Notes under the pieces: model-generated | The model's database searches: none | The model's input: only the letters and a program-made list of their open reading frames with translations | What the model was told of the DNA's origin: nothing | Shown: piece by piece, positions 38,844-46,048 of the stretch | Position numbering within the stretch: position 1 is the first letter of the stretch | Layout: each line of letters opens with the position of its first letter | Translations under genes and position numbers: made by a program | Source of the DNA: a virus | DNA: 64,000 bases | Reading direction: 5' to 3' (one strand) | Virus record (IMG/VR): IMGVR_UViG_3300046314_000372 | Coordinates: 2,349 to 66,348 of that record

Positions 38844-39308
38844 TTACCAGTAGTAAAGGTGTGGTTTACGGCCAACACCTGGAAGCGTTTCATCTACCAA
38901 TTCCTCTACGGGAACTTTAACTACTCGTCGCTCCCACAGCTTGCCTGAGCTGCGCTGTGGGCGGTTCATAAATAGGTTAATGTACCAGCCTGGCGTACTC
39001 ATCCAATGCCATTCGGCATCAACACGTTTTTTCTTTTTGGTTTTTACACCTGCAATACTAATGCGGCGATAGATAGTACAGAACTCGTCTGTGTCCCTAA
39101 AGCAATAGGTATTAGTCTCCAAATCGAGTTCATAGACTCTGCGAGTCGACTCGTAGGCGATCTGCTCTGTGCCAAAGTCCCAGCGAGACTCTGGATGTGT
39201 AACCTTCCAAGGTTTATCTTTATACGTTCTAGACATGAATTTCTCCTTTATATCTACAATCGCATAGTGTTCTCCTTGGCTGTAACTACTATTATAAGTG
39301 ATTTGCAC
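38844..39308 (-). CDS. hypothetical protein
   Basis: ORF only. Confidence 0.3.
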   Translation of the reverse strand: MQITYNSSYSQGEHYAIVDIKEKFMSRTYKDKPWKVTHPESRWDFGTEQIAYESTRRVYELDLETNTYCFRDTDEFCTIYRRISIAGVKTKKKKRVDAEWHWMSTPGWYINLFMNRPQRSSGKLWERRVVKVPVEELVDETLPGVGRKPHLYYW

Positions 39309-39329
39309 AAACCTTGCAAATCTAAATTT

Positions 39330-39929
39330 TTATTCCTGGGATTCAGCCGCTGCTTCGTCTGCTTCGCGTTTGGCGTGCATTGCAGTCAAGCGTTTTACAA
39401 CTTCTTCTGAATCCATCCAAATGTCTTTGTTGTGCATCATGGACTCAATTTCAGCTTCAGTTAAAAACTCAGCATAAACTTCGGTCATAAACTTACGAGA
39501 CCAAGCACGCTCAAACTGAATCTGATCGTACTGCTCACCACCTTTGCCAAATGTTCCTGACGAGTAATCGTGGAACATAAACAAGCTGTGTGGAGTTACT
39601 TCTTGCATATGGCCGTGTAGGAAGATCATGGTTGCTGCACTCATGCAAGCACCTTCAACGCTACAAACCACCGTGGCTTCTGTGTCCGACATAACTCGCA
39701 AGAATTGCAGTGTAGTAAAAAGATCTCCACCAGGTGAGTTAATATAGATGCGGATAGTATCTGTGCTAGAAGCGTTACGGATAACGTCAAACCACTCGAT
39801 ATATTCCTCAGCGTCTTCAATTGCTCCACTCAGGTAAAACTCATGAACTTGAGCTACTGGCTTGCTAAAATTATTGCTGAACTGCTGCGATTGAAACAGC
39901 TTAGGGTCGAGAATGTTTGTGTATTTCAT
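39330..39929 (-). CDS. ClpP-family serine protease
   Basis: 'IRIYINSPGGDLF' (ClpP INSPGG block), Ser-site 'ACMSAAT', His region 'MFHDY'. Track ORF begins at a TTG (39992); the RBS-preceded ATG at 39929 is the likely start. Confidence 0.5.
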   Translation of the reverse strand: MKYTNILDPKLFQSQQFSNNFSKPVAQVHEFYLSGAIEDAEEYIEWFDVIRNASSTDTIRIYINSPGGDLFTTLQFLRVMSDTEATVVCSVEGACMSAATMIFLHGHMQEVTPHSLFMFHDYSSGTFGKGGEQYDQIQFERAWSRKFMTEVYAEFLTEAEIESMMHNKDIWMDSEEVVKRLTAMHAKREADEAAAESQE

Positions 39930-39989
39930 GGTTTCCTTCATAAATTTTAGCATACTACGACAGTCCGGCTCTGATTGCCATATGTGGTT

Positions 39990-40214
39990 CAATATGCTAA
40001 AATTTATGTTGGTTTAGGGTCAGGTTTATTCTGTTACGAGGAAAACCTGACAAAACCCTAAGCGGCGTTTAGGCTGCTAATGCGAACTGTGTATCGTTTG
40101 CGTTTATTTTTTGTTTTGCTTCTGCGACCAGGAACAACCCTAATCCTAAGGCTTCTGCTTTACCTAGTTGTCCACTTGTTTACTCTTTGCCCTGTCGAAA
40201 CCAAATGCAGCCCC
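39990..40214 (-). ncRNA. ssrA: tmRNA (SsrA) coding piece: 5' acceptor strand GGGGCUG, D-analogue, tag ORF ANDTQFALAA, stop, helix-5-like hairpin
   Basis: Minus strand reads GGGGCTGCATTTGGTTTCGACAGGG ... AAAAAATAAAC GCA AAC GAT ACA CAG TTC GCA TTA GCA GCC TAA (resume codon GCA at 40101..40099, stop 40071..40069), then CTTAGGG...CCCTAA hairpin. Collinear with the E. coli tmRNA 5' ~250 nt; the 3' limit is approximate. Confidence 0.6.
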
Positions 40215-40280
40215 ATCAGAAGCATACTAGCACACAGACTTAACTGTGAATTGTGGGTTTCAAGACCACTAATATACTTT

Positions 40281-40406
40281 TGGTGGAGCTGGCGGGACTC
40301 GAACCCGCGTCCAGAACCTGTTTCTGTCTGCTTCATACAACCATATATAAATACACCCCACTAAAGCCCTCAGAGGTTTCTTTCATTTAGGACGTGTACT
40401 TATATA
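40281..40406 (-). ncRNA. ssrA: tmRNA acceptor piece: T-arm plus 3' acceptor strand CAGCUCC-A-CCA, encoded upstream of the coding piece (permuted)
   Basis: Minus strand ...GGAC GCGGG TTCGAGT CCCGC CAGCTCC A CCA is near-identical to the E. coli tmRNA 3' end. CAGCUCC pairs with GGGGCUG of the downstream piece, including G3.U70. The 5' limit (after tRNA-Thr) is approximate. Confidence 0.55.
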
Positions 40407-40481
40407 TGGTGCCCCAGGACAGAATCGAACTGCCGCACTCGCGTTACAAAGGCGAACCTCTACCATTAAGGATACAAGGGC
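40407..40481 (-). tRNA. tRNA-Thr (TGT)
   Basis: Acceptor GCCCTTG/CTGGGGC (1 mismatch); anticodon stem TCGCC/CGCGA, loop TTTGTAA; T GGCAGTTCGATTCTGTC; CCA. Confidence 0.65.
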
Positions 40482-40599
40482 ATGGGCAACAGTTTTTATA
40501 GAACTGCTGCGATAAAACTAGCAACTGTGAGCTTACACCATTAGCGTTGACCTTTTGGTAGCCAATATTATTTTAAGCCATCATGGACTCTGGCTAAAC

Positions 40600-40674
40600 T
40601 GGAGTAGGTGACAGGACTTGAACCTGCATAGAACGGATTTGCAATCCGACGCGTAGCCGTTCCGCCACACCTAC
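40600..40674 (-). tRNA. tRNA-Cys (GCA)
   Basis: Acceptor GTAGGTG/CACCTAC; anticodon stem CGGAT/ATCCG, loop TTGCAAA; T GCAGGTTCAAGTCCTGT; CCA. Confidence 0.75.
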
Positions 40675-40675
40675 A

Positions 40676-40897
40676 TTAAATTTGTTTGTTGCGAACACAG
40701 CCTTCAAAGTTGTCCCATAATCGCTCAAACTTCATTTGGTACATTTGCTGGAGTCCGATCAGGTAGTTTTGCTTGGCGTCTTCGTCCAGTTTATCCCACT
40801 GATCTAGTGCAAGCTGAATGTCATCTGTAACATTCCAGCATTGCATGATATTTTGTTCTAGGTCAAAACGGTCGGACATTTTAGTTAGCCAATACAA
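40676..40897 (-). CDS. hypothetical protein
   Basis: ORF only. Confidence 0.25.
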   Translation of the reverse strand: MYWLTKMSDRFDLEQNIMQCWNVTDDIQLALDQWDKLDEDAKQNYLIGLQQMYQMKFERLWDNFEGCVRNKQI

Positions 40898-41351
40898 ATT
40901 TTAGTCGATCAGCAGCATAGCTTGCTGCAAAAGCGTTGGGCTTTACTTGAGCATCAACGTTACAAGTACCTTTGATATAACCAATAGCCTGTTGAACAAC
41001 ACAGCTAGAACCATACATTAGGTTAGGGTTAATATCTAGGTGAACTTCAACGTGACGATCTTGTAGGACGTCCGATAGTTCGTGAAATAGGTCACTAACC
41101 TTATATACTTCTTGCATTAAGCGAAGTGCAGGTTTGGACACTTTTTGGTCAAAGTCGCGTTCACGAGTTACTGAACCAAAGATTTTGCAACCGTGATTAC
41201 CGTCAATGTGAACAACAACTGCTAGAGTATAGTCAGCGTGCCATACACCATGGATTTTAACACGTTCGCTATCAGCACCAAGATAAATCTTAGTGGTTTC
41301 TGATTGTGCAACGATGAAGTCTTTGACTTCTTGGATATTAAATTTGTGCAT
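40881..41351 (-). CDS. hypothetical protein
   Basis: ORF only. Confidence 0.3.
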   Translation of the reverse strand: MHKFNIQEVKDFIVAQSETTKIYLGADSERVKIHGVWHADYTLAVVVHIDGNHGCKIFGSVTRERDFDQKVSKPALRLMQEVYKVSDLFHELSDVLQDRHVEVHLDINPNLMYGSSCVVQQAIGYIKGTCNVDAQVKPNAFAASYAADRLKFVLAN

Positions 41352-41359
41352 GATATATA

Positions 41360-41436
41360 TGGAGCGTCCGGAGAGATTCGAACTCCCAGTTTCTAACTTC
41401 GTAGGCTAGGGCATTATCCAGTTATGCTACGAACGC
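41360..41436 (-). tRNA. tRNA-Arg (ACG)
   Basis: Acceptor GCGTTCG/CGGACGC; anticodon stem CTAGC/GTTAG, loop CTACGAA; T GGGAGTTCGAATCTCTC; CCA. Confidence 0.75.
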
Positions 41437-41444
41437 ATTAAGTG

Positions 41445-41518
41445 TGGCAGAGGGTACAAGAATCGAACTTGTGACAAGGGAATCAAAATCCCGTGTGATA
41501 CCATTTCACTAACCCCCA
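41445..41518 (-). tRNA. tRNA-Gln (TTG)
   Basis: Anticodon arm GGGA/TCCC with loop TTTTGAT; T-arm ACAAGTTCGATTCTTGT; CCA; weak pair at position 1-72. Confidence 0.6.
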
Positions 41519-41524
41519 ACAATT

Positions 41525-41600
41525 TGGCTCCACAGGCTGGGATCGAACCAACGACACTCTGATTAACAGTCAGATGCAACTACCGCTGTGCTACTGTGGA
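41525..41600 (-). tRNA. tRNA-Asn (GTT)
   Basis: Acceptor TCCACAG/CTGTGGA; anticodon stem TCTGA/TCAGA, loop CTGTTAA; T TTGGTTCGATCCCAG; CCA. Confidence 0.7.
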
Positions 41601-41879
41601 ATATTATTTAAATACTTAGAATTTGTATTTTCGGACTTAGACAGCACAGTATGCGCATACCTTTACGTCTAACTACGCTAAGTACTTAAATAATAGTGCT
41701 GCTTACGATATACAGCGTGACACTATCGTGGTCACCGATTGGGTTACGGACGCTCTAACCGGAACGGCACGGACCTAAGGCAGGTTCTTTTTATCTCGCA
41801 ACGCTTCAACCTTGCGTTCCACTGCACTGTTGCCAGTGAGATTTCCTGTTTCCAGGGGCTAATGCCTTGAGATAAAACT

Positions 41880-41955
41880 TGGCGGGTCTAGGGGGTAACG
41901 ATCCCCACTCTTCGGCAGTGACAGTGCCGTGTGCGTCCATGAACACTTTAGACCC
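41880..41955 (-). tRNA. tRNA-Asp (GTC)
   Basis: Acceptor GGGTCTA/TAGACCC (perfect); D GTGT/GCAC; anticodon stem CGGCA/TGCCG, loop CTGTCAC; atypical T-loop ATCGTTA; CCA. Confidence 0.6.
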
Positions 41956-42130
41956 AAATGAAATGTCTAGCCGGTGAGGTATCTAGCTTGCGCTTTAGAG
42001 TACGCTTGCTTGCCCATTCTCCGTTTGCTTTCCTTACTAGACTAAACTGATATGATTGGTGGCAGTTTCTATAGCACCCATTGAAACTACCAAACGTTGA
42101 GTACCGCCACTACAGCAATACTATTTGCCT

Positions 42131-42215
42131 TGGTACGACTGAAGGGACTTGAACCCTTAATCCTTGCGGCGTCAGATTTTAAGTCTGATGTGTATACCAA
42201 TTCCACCACAGTCGC
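42131..42215 (-). tRNA. tRNA-Leu (TAA), type II
   Basis: 85 nt; acceptor GCGACTG/CAGTCGT; anticodon stem TCAGA/TCTGA, loop CTTAAAA; 13-nt variable arm; T AAGGGTTCAAGTCCCTT; CCA. Confidence 0.7.
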
Positions 42216-42221
42216 GTAATT

Positions 42222-42307
42222 TGGTGGAGAAGGAGGGGATCGAACCCACTTGCCGCCTGCGGCCACGGATTTACAATCCGCTGTCCTACCATTAGAACAT
42301 CTTCTCC
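42222..42307 (-). tRNA. tRNA-Tyr (GTA), type II
   Basis: 86 nt; acceptor GGAGAAG/CTTCTCC; anticodon stem GCGGA/TCCGT, loop TTGTAAA; variable-arm stem GCCGC/GCGGC; CCA. Confidence 0.7.
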
Positions 42308-42319
42308 GTTTAAAGAATA

Positions 42320-42348
42320 ATTATATCAAGATTTGGAAAACAAATCAA
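42320..42348 (-). promoter_or_regulatory. sigma70-consensus promoter (minus strand) immediately upstream of tRNA-Tyr
   Basis: On the minus strand: TTGATT-N17-TATAAT. Confidence 0.45.
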
Positions 42349-42358
42349 ATCTAAATTT

Positions 42359-42433
42359 TGGCATCCCCCCAGAGACTCGAACTCTGACCAACGGTTTTGG
42401 AGACCGACGTGCTGCCAATTACACCAGAGAGAC
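42359..42433 (-). tRNA. tRNA-Trp (CCA)
   Basis: Acceptor GTCTCTC/GGGGGAT (with G.U pairs); D GTGT/GCAC; anticodon loop CTCCAAA; T CAGAGTTCGAGTCTCTG; CCA. Confidence 0.6.
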
Positions 42434-42437
42434 ACAA

Positions 42438-42605
42438 TTACTTGTTTGGCACTTGCTGAGTTTCTTCGTTGTTGCGGGTTGGCTTGTCCGTCTCGCTATC
42501 AGTGTCGGACTTGTCTCGACCAAAAATAGCATCCCAACGATTAGCGTATTCAGCATCCGATACGCTTAAGGGTCTAGGCTTCGAGCCTTTTCCACCATCA
42601 CTCAT
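42438..42605 (-). CDS. small acidic protein (55 aa; not in ORF track)
   Basis: ATG preceded by AAGGAAA at -8; translation MSDGGKGSKPRPLSVSDAEYANRWDAIFGRDKSD...; sits between tRNA-Trp and the first YrlA-like module. Confidence 0.3.
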   Translation of the reverse strand: MSDGGKGSKPRPLSVSDAEYANRWDAIFGRDKSDTDSETDKPTRNNEETQQVPNK

Positions 42606-42611
42606 AAAATT

Positions 42612-42775
42612 TCCTTATAAAGTAGCCTTAGAATTAGTATTGCAGAGGTTGCCGGGTTTTAAAGCCGGTGCCATAACCACTTGGCGAATTTTCCCATGGA
42701 AAATAAAAGAATCGAACTTTTGATGTATCTGCAAAAAGCACTAAAGGCTTAGAATAACATAGGAATAAGTAAGTA
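42612..42775 (-). ncRNA. YrlA-like RNA candidate 1: circularly permuted tRNA-like module closed by a long stem, downstream of rsr
   Basis: Minus-strand order: T-arm AAAAG-TTCGATT-CTTTT, acceptor hairpin ATTTTCC-ATG-GGAAAAT (perfect 7-bp), TC, D-arm GCCA-AGTGGTTAT-GGC. Flanking strands TTGCAGA / TCTGCAA plus AGTG/TACT and GCCTT/AAGGC can pair to close the module. Limits are approximate. Confidence 0.45.
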
Positions 42776-42917
42776 CAGTGTGTTTTCAAACCAAATAGAA
42801 GTAACTGTACTAGAGCACCATATGCTATTCTAAGCCTTCGCTTAGAGCCCCACTTCTGAGTCGGTCTGGCTACCGATCGGGACGGAATGGATACCGCCAG
42901 AGCGTGGGATAGTATTA

Positions 42918-44294
42918 TTAAAGCACTTCTGCTTCGAGGGCCTGAATGTAATCAATCACTGCTTCTGAAAAACCTGTTACAGTTTCCCATTCAGCGCTGT
43001 TGATACCATTCTGGTAAGAACCAACGTTCAGGATGTAGTTTTTGTCTTTAGACAAACGCTTGGCATTATGAGGCTCAAAACCTCTGCCACCTGTGTCTTG
43101 TTCATCAGTAAACACGATTACTCGGTCTACTGATGCACCTTGTTCTTGTTGTGCGATATAGTCCATAGCTTGCACCAGGAATATACCACCGCTGCCGATT
43201 TTACGGCTAACCTCACCACTGCGGATGTAGTCGCTAAGAGCAAACCCACGTCGATTTGGGATCAACATAGTTGCGTGCTTGCGAGAACCATCATTACCGG
43301 CCGTTGCGTAGATAACTACGTCTTCGCAGATTTCTCGTGCCAAGATAGCCAGCGAACAAGCGGCATCAAGACGAGAGATATCGCTTTTACCACTTATTGC
43401 CGCTCCCATGGAGCCGCTAGTGTCAACTACCAAGACTGTACGCCCTGGAAGTTTTGCCTGTGCTGACAGGCTGTTTAGCATCATGCGTTCAAGCATCGCC
43501 TCAAGTTGAGGAACCTGACGAGCCGCAGTAATGTACCGGAAAGGCAATACTTTAGAAGCGTCAAGGGTTTTTGAGTACGACTCAATTTGTGTTTGAGAAA
43601 TACCTGCTTGAAGCATATTACGCAAGTTACGTAAAAATGCTAGAGCACCCAGTTTGTTCTCTGCCATAAGGCGAGTGAACGTTTCCGCTTTGTTAGCACC
43701 TGAACTCAGTTGAGTTTCCCAAGTGTCTGGAGTTTCCAGTGAATCTGAGGCAATTCGTTTGAATAGCTCAGCTTGGGCTGCTGTTTGCGGTTTAGGGTGA
43801 CTGAGGAACATAACATCACGCAAGCGAATAGCTGCTGAGTTTTTGTCCCATTTAGCCAACTGGAATTCGCTGAACTTGTTAAAACAAGCAGCAAGACCAC
43901 GTTTAACCTGATTGCTCAGGGCTGACTTACCTTCACGCCAATAGATACTCAAGAATTCAGACATTTCGTCTGGACGCTGAATAACATTGGTCAAGGCATT
44001 TGCTTGCAATTTACCGTGTCGAGCAAGCTCGCGGACAAGCAACAGAGGAACGTGACGAAGTTTGAACTTAGTACGAGCCTCCAAAGCTAGTTGTGCAACC
44101 TTTTCAGGAGCAACTTTAGCCACAACGTCTTTAACCAACTCGGCATGGGTTTTACCATCAACATAGAACTGGTCTTCCCAAAGCATTGCTGCTAGGGTCA
44201 AACGACGCAGTTGTCGTTCTGGGTTAATAGTGCGTACTGGTATACCAACGCTATTAACTGTCATGGAAGCGGATTTGCGATTAATCGCGGACAT
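42918..44294 (-). CDS. rsr: Ro60-like protein Rsr (TROVE domain + vWA domain with MIDAS)
   Basis: N-terminal TROVE-like region; C-terminal vWA with MIDAS 'VVDTSGSM', 'ATAGNDG', 'VFTDEQD'. Confidence 0.6.
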   Translation of the reverse strand: MSAINRKSASMTVNSVGIPVRTINPERQLRRLTLAAMLWEDQFYVDGKTHAELVKDVVAKVAPEKVAQLALEARTKFKLRHVPLLLVRELARHGKLQANALTNVIQRPDEMSEFLSIYWREGKSALSNQVKRGLAACFNKFSEFQLAKWDKNSAAIRLRDVMFLSHPKPQTAAQAELFKRIASDSLETPDTWETQLSSGANKAETFTRLMAENKLGALAFLRNLRNMLQAGISQTQIESYSKTLDASKVLPFRYITAARQVPQLEAMLERMMLNSLSAQAKLPGRTVLVVDTSGSMGAAISGKSDISRLDAACSLAILAREICEDVVIYATAGNDGSRKHATMLIPNRRGFALSDYIRSGEVSRKIGSGGIFLVQAMDYIAQQEQGASVDRVIVFTDEQDTGGRGFEPHNAKRLSKDKNYILNVGSYQNGINSAEWETVTGFSEAVIDYIQALEAEVL

Positions 44295-44317
44295 TGTATT
44301 TTCCTTTTAAATAGATA

Positions 44318-44445
44318 AGAACTAGGCGAAACAGAGATTTTAGCGCTCTACCGACTGAGCTACCTTGGCTATTGCGCCTCGGGGTGGACTCGAACCACCG
44401 ACCTCTCGTTTAGAAGACGAAGTAACTGTTTCTTTCACTATACCT
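44318..44445 (-). ncRNA. YrlA-like RNA candidate 2: permuted tRNA-like module immediately upstream of the rsr start
   Basis: Minus-strand order: T-arm GGTGG-TTCGAGT-CCACC, acceptor-like hairpin CCGAGGC-GCAATA-GCCAAGG (5 of 7 pairs), TA, D-arm GCTC-AGTCGGTA-GAGC, then GAAACAG/CTGTTTC closing helix. Ends ~20 nt before the rsr ATG. Limits are approximate. Confidence 0.4.
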
Positions 44446-44664
44446 AAATTAAACACACTAACTGAGAATCTGCGAAAGCAGTTCTGGAATTGTTTAGCGT
44501 CTACATCACCTAAGACGTTTGCACATTTTAATGTGTATTGCTGCCACATTTGCAACAAAGTGCGAACACCTTGTGCCATATTAATCCGAAGATTATACGT
44601 TTTGCTTTAGTGTTGAAGTAACTGTCTTCTATCACTACAGCTAGAGTGTTTAATTTAAGTATAA

Positions 44665-44693
44665 ATTATATCAAATTTGAACAATACGATCAA
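44665..44693 (-). promoter_or_regulatory. sigma70-consensus promoter (minus strand) upstream of the YrlA-like 2 / rsr unit
   Basis: On the minus strand: TTGATC-N17-TATAAT. Confidence 0.45.
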
Positions 44694-44707
44694 ATATAAA
44701 TTTTTAG

Positions 44708-44782
44708 TGGTGGACATAGCTAGATTCGAACTAGCGACCAACGCCGTATGAAGACGCTGCACTACCGCTGTGCTATATGTCC
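44708..44782 (-). tRNA. tRNA-Met/Ile2 (CAT), second copy
   Basis: Acceptor GGACATA/TATGTCC; D GCAC-AGCGGTAGT-GCAG; anticodon loop TTCATAC; T GCTAGTTCGAATCTAGC; CCA. Confidence 0.65.
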
Positions 44783-44881
44783 GTGCGATCTTAATCATCG
44801 CAGCTGCACTGGTATATGGTGGGAAGCCATCCCCGATTTACCAGTTCACTAAGCAGTTCGCGGAAGTGCTGGAAGGCCAAT

Positions 44882-44952
44882 TGGTTGCGGGGGAAGGACT
44901 CGAACCTTCCAGGCGGAGCTTATGAGGCTTGCCTCTACCCTGACTCCCCGCG
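44882..44952 (-). tRNA. initiator-type tRNA-fMet-like (CAT), possibly degenerate
   Basis: C1.A72 mismatch and a 3' end CCCCCGCAACCA identical to the E. coli initiator; anticodon loop CTCATAA; only 71 nt, with a weak anticodon stem and a short D-arm. Confidence 0.4.
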
Positions 44953-44956
44953 TTAA

Positions 44957-45187
44957 TTATTTCTGGTTTACAAAGTCGTAGAATTTTTTGGACTTTTCCA
45001 GCATTTCATCAAAGTTAAATGCTTTGGGCATAAACTTTTCAATCATTTCTTTGGTGTTCAAGCCTTTGTCAGCTAGATTTTCTTGCATTTCTGTAATGAA
45101 TTCCATGTTGGATTCATACTCTGCTTGCATAAGTTCAGCAGTCATCTTGAGAATTTCAAGACGAATTTCAAAAGGAGATTTGGACAT
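44957..45187 (-). CDS. hypothetical protein
   Basis: ORF only. Confidence 0.3.
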   Translation of the reverse strand: MSKSPFEIRLEILKMTAELMQAEYESNMEFITEMQENLADKGLNTKEMIEKFMPKAFNFDEMLEKSKKFYDFVNQK

Positions 45188-45293
45188 TTTTTTGTTCCTG
45201 TGTGTTGTGTTGTAGAAGGTGTGGGGCTTCCACCCACTCCCACCTCGTTTTAGAGTCCGCGTGTCCTGGACTGTAACTTCGGGAGAAGTTATC

Positions 45294-45368
45294 TGGTACT
45301 GAGGGAGGATTCCGAGACCTCGACCTATCGCTTATCAAGCGAGTGCTCTGCCGCTGAGCTACCCCAGT
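45294..45368 (-). tRNA. tRNA-Ile (GAT)
   Basis: Acceptor ACTGGGG/CCTCAGT; D GCTCAGCGGCAGAGC; anticodon stem TCGC/GCGA, loop TTGATAA; atypical T-loop; CCA. Confidence 0.6.
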
Positions 45369-45416
45369 GTATTGGTGGACAGCGACACGATATTGCTATC
45401 GGCCTCCGCCCATAAA

Positions 45417-45491
45417 TGGTACTCCCGAACGGTTTCGATCCGTCTTTTCCGCCTTGAAAGGGCAGCGTCCTAGCCAGTAGACGACGGGAGC
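45417..45491 (-). tRNA. tRNA-Glu (TTC)
   Basis: Acceptor GCTCCCG/CGGGAGT; anticodon stem CTGCC/GGCGG, loop CTTTCAA; T GACGGATCGAAACCGTT; CCA. Confidence 0.65.
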
Positions 45492-45511
45492 ATTGTTTGA
45501 TTTAAAGATTA

Positions 45512-45540
45512 ATTATACAGCGAAAGAGCTGTGCAATCAA
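45512..45540 (-). promoter_or_regulatory. sigma70-consensus promoter (minus strand) upstream of tRNA-Glu
   Basis: On the minus strand: AAATATTGACTTGATT ... N17 ... TATAAT TAAT; same extended motif as at 47239. Confidence 0.45.
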
Positions 45541-45676
45541 GTCAATATTTATAAGTTTGGCCCCAACCACGGGCGATTATGAGTCGAGACGTGGGCCTAT
45601 TGCAACTACTAGGTGGATTAGTCCGTTCGTAAAGGATTGGTAATCACTCCAACTTAGGGTCAAACTTATAAATACT

Positions 45677-45752
45677 TGGTGCCTTGAACTGGACTCGAAC
45701 CAGTAACACACGGATTTTCAATCCGCTGCTCTACCATTGGAGCTACCAAGGC
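45677..45752 (-). tRNA. tRNA-Phe (GAA)
   Basis: Acceptor GCCTTGG/TCAAGGC; D GCTC-CAATGGTA-GAGC; anticodon stem GCGGA/TCCGT, loop TTGAAAA; T ACTGGTTCGAGTCCAGT; CCA. Confidence 0.8.
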
Positions 45753-45955
45753 TGTTTTTCTTGCCAATGCGTGGCTTGGTGACCATCACAGTCAATGCGC
45801 CAAGGGCAAGTGCTCATGATTTGGGTACTACAATCATCCATGCCCCAGCAACGTGGAGGCTCTGTACCACGCAGAATCTTAATCTGCTTGTGTACTAGCT
45901 CACGGCGATTTGCAAGGTTGGCCTCTTTATCTAGCAATACTTGTATTTCTGACAT
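45743..45955 (-). CDS. small Cys-rich protein
   Basis: ORF; 7 Cys/His in a 30-aa stretch; 3' end overlaps tRNA-Phe by 10 nt. Confidence 0.25.
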   Translation of the reverse strand: MSEIQVLLDKEANLANRRELVHKQIKILRGTEPPRCWGMDDCSTQIMSTCPWRIDCDGHQATHWQEKQPW

Positions 45956-45966
45956 AAAAACCTTTT

Positions 45967-46043
45967 TGGGCAGGAGAACGGGTTTCGATCCCTAACTTCT
46001 TGTTTCACAGACAAGTGTGCTTGCCACTGACACTATTCCCTGC
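45967..46043 (-). tRNA. tRNA-His (GTG) with encoded G-1
   Basis: G-1 paired with C73 (8-bp acceptor); anticodon stem CTTGT/ACAAG, loop CTGTGAA; T GGGATCGAAACCC; CCA. Confidence 0.7.
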
Positions 46044-46048
46044 ATATT

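Noticed and set aside
38673-38948. Track ORFs that lie on or across tRNA / tRNA-like / tmRNA genes (38673..38948+, 40080..40364+, 42333..42569+, 42469..42723+, 44365..44610+, 46895..47095+, 47523..47750+, 49296..49550+, 47381..47608-)
   Set aside because: Each is explained by an RNA gene on the opposite or same strand; several use TTG/GTG starts and have no RBS. They are read-through frames of structured RNA sequence.
44340-44579. Track ORF 44340..44579 (-), 79 aa, running through the YrlA-like module 2
   Set aside because: Its C-terminal half is encoded by the T-arm/acceptor/D-arm sequence itself and it lacks an RBS. Kept as a caveat under the finding, not called as a gene; the N-terminal part could still be a short real ORF.
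45558-45597. 40-nt hairpin with a CTCATAA (Met-like) loop and GGCCC...GGGCC stem ending CCA
   Set aside because: No D- or T-arm; most likely a tRNA remnant or processing hairpin. Noted only as part of the array turnover.
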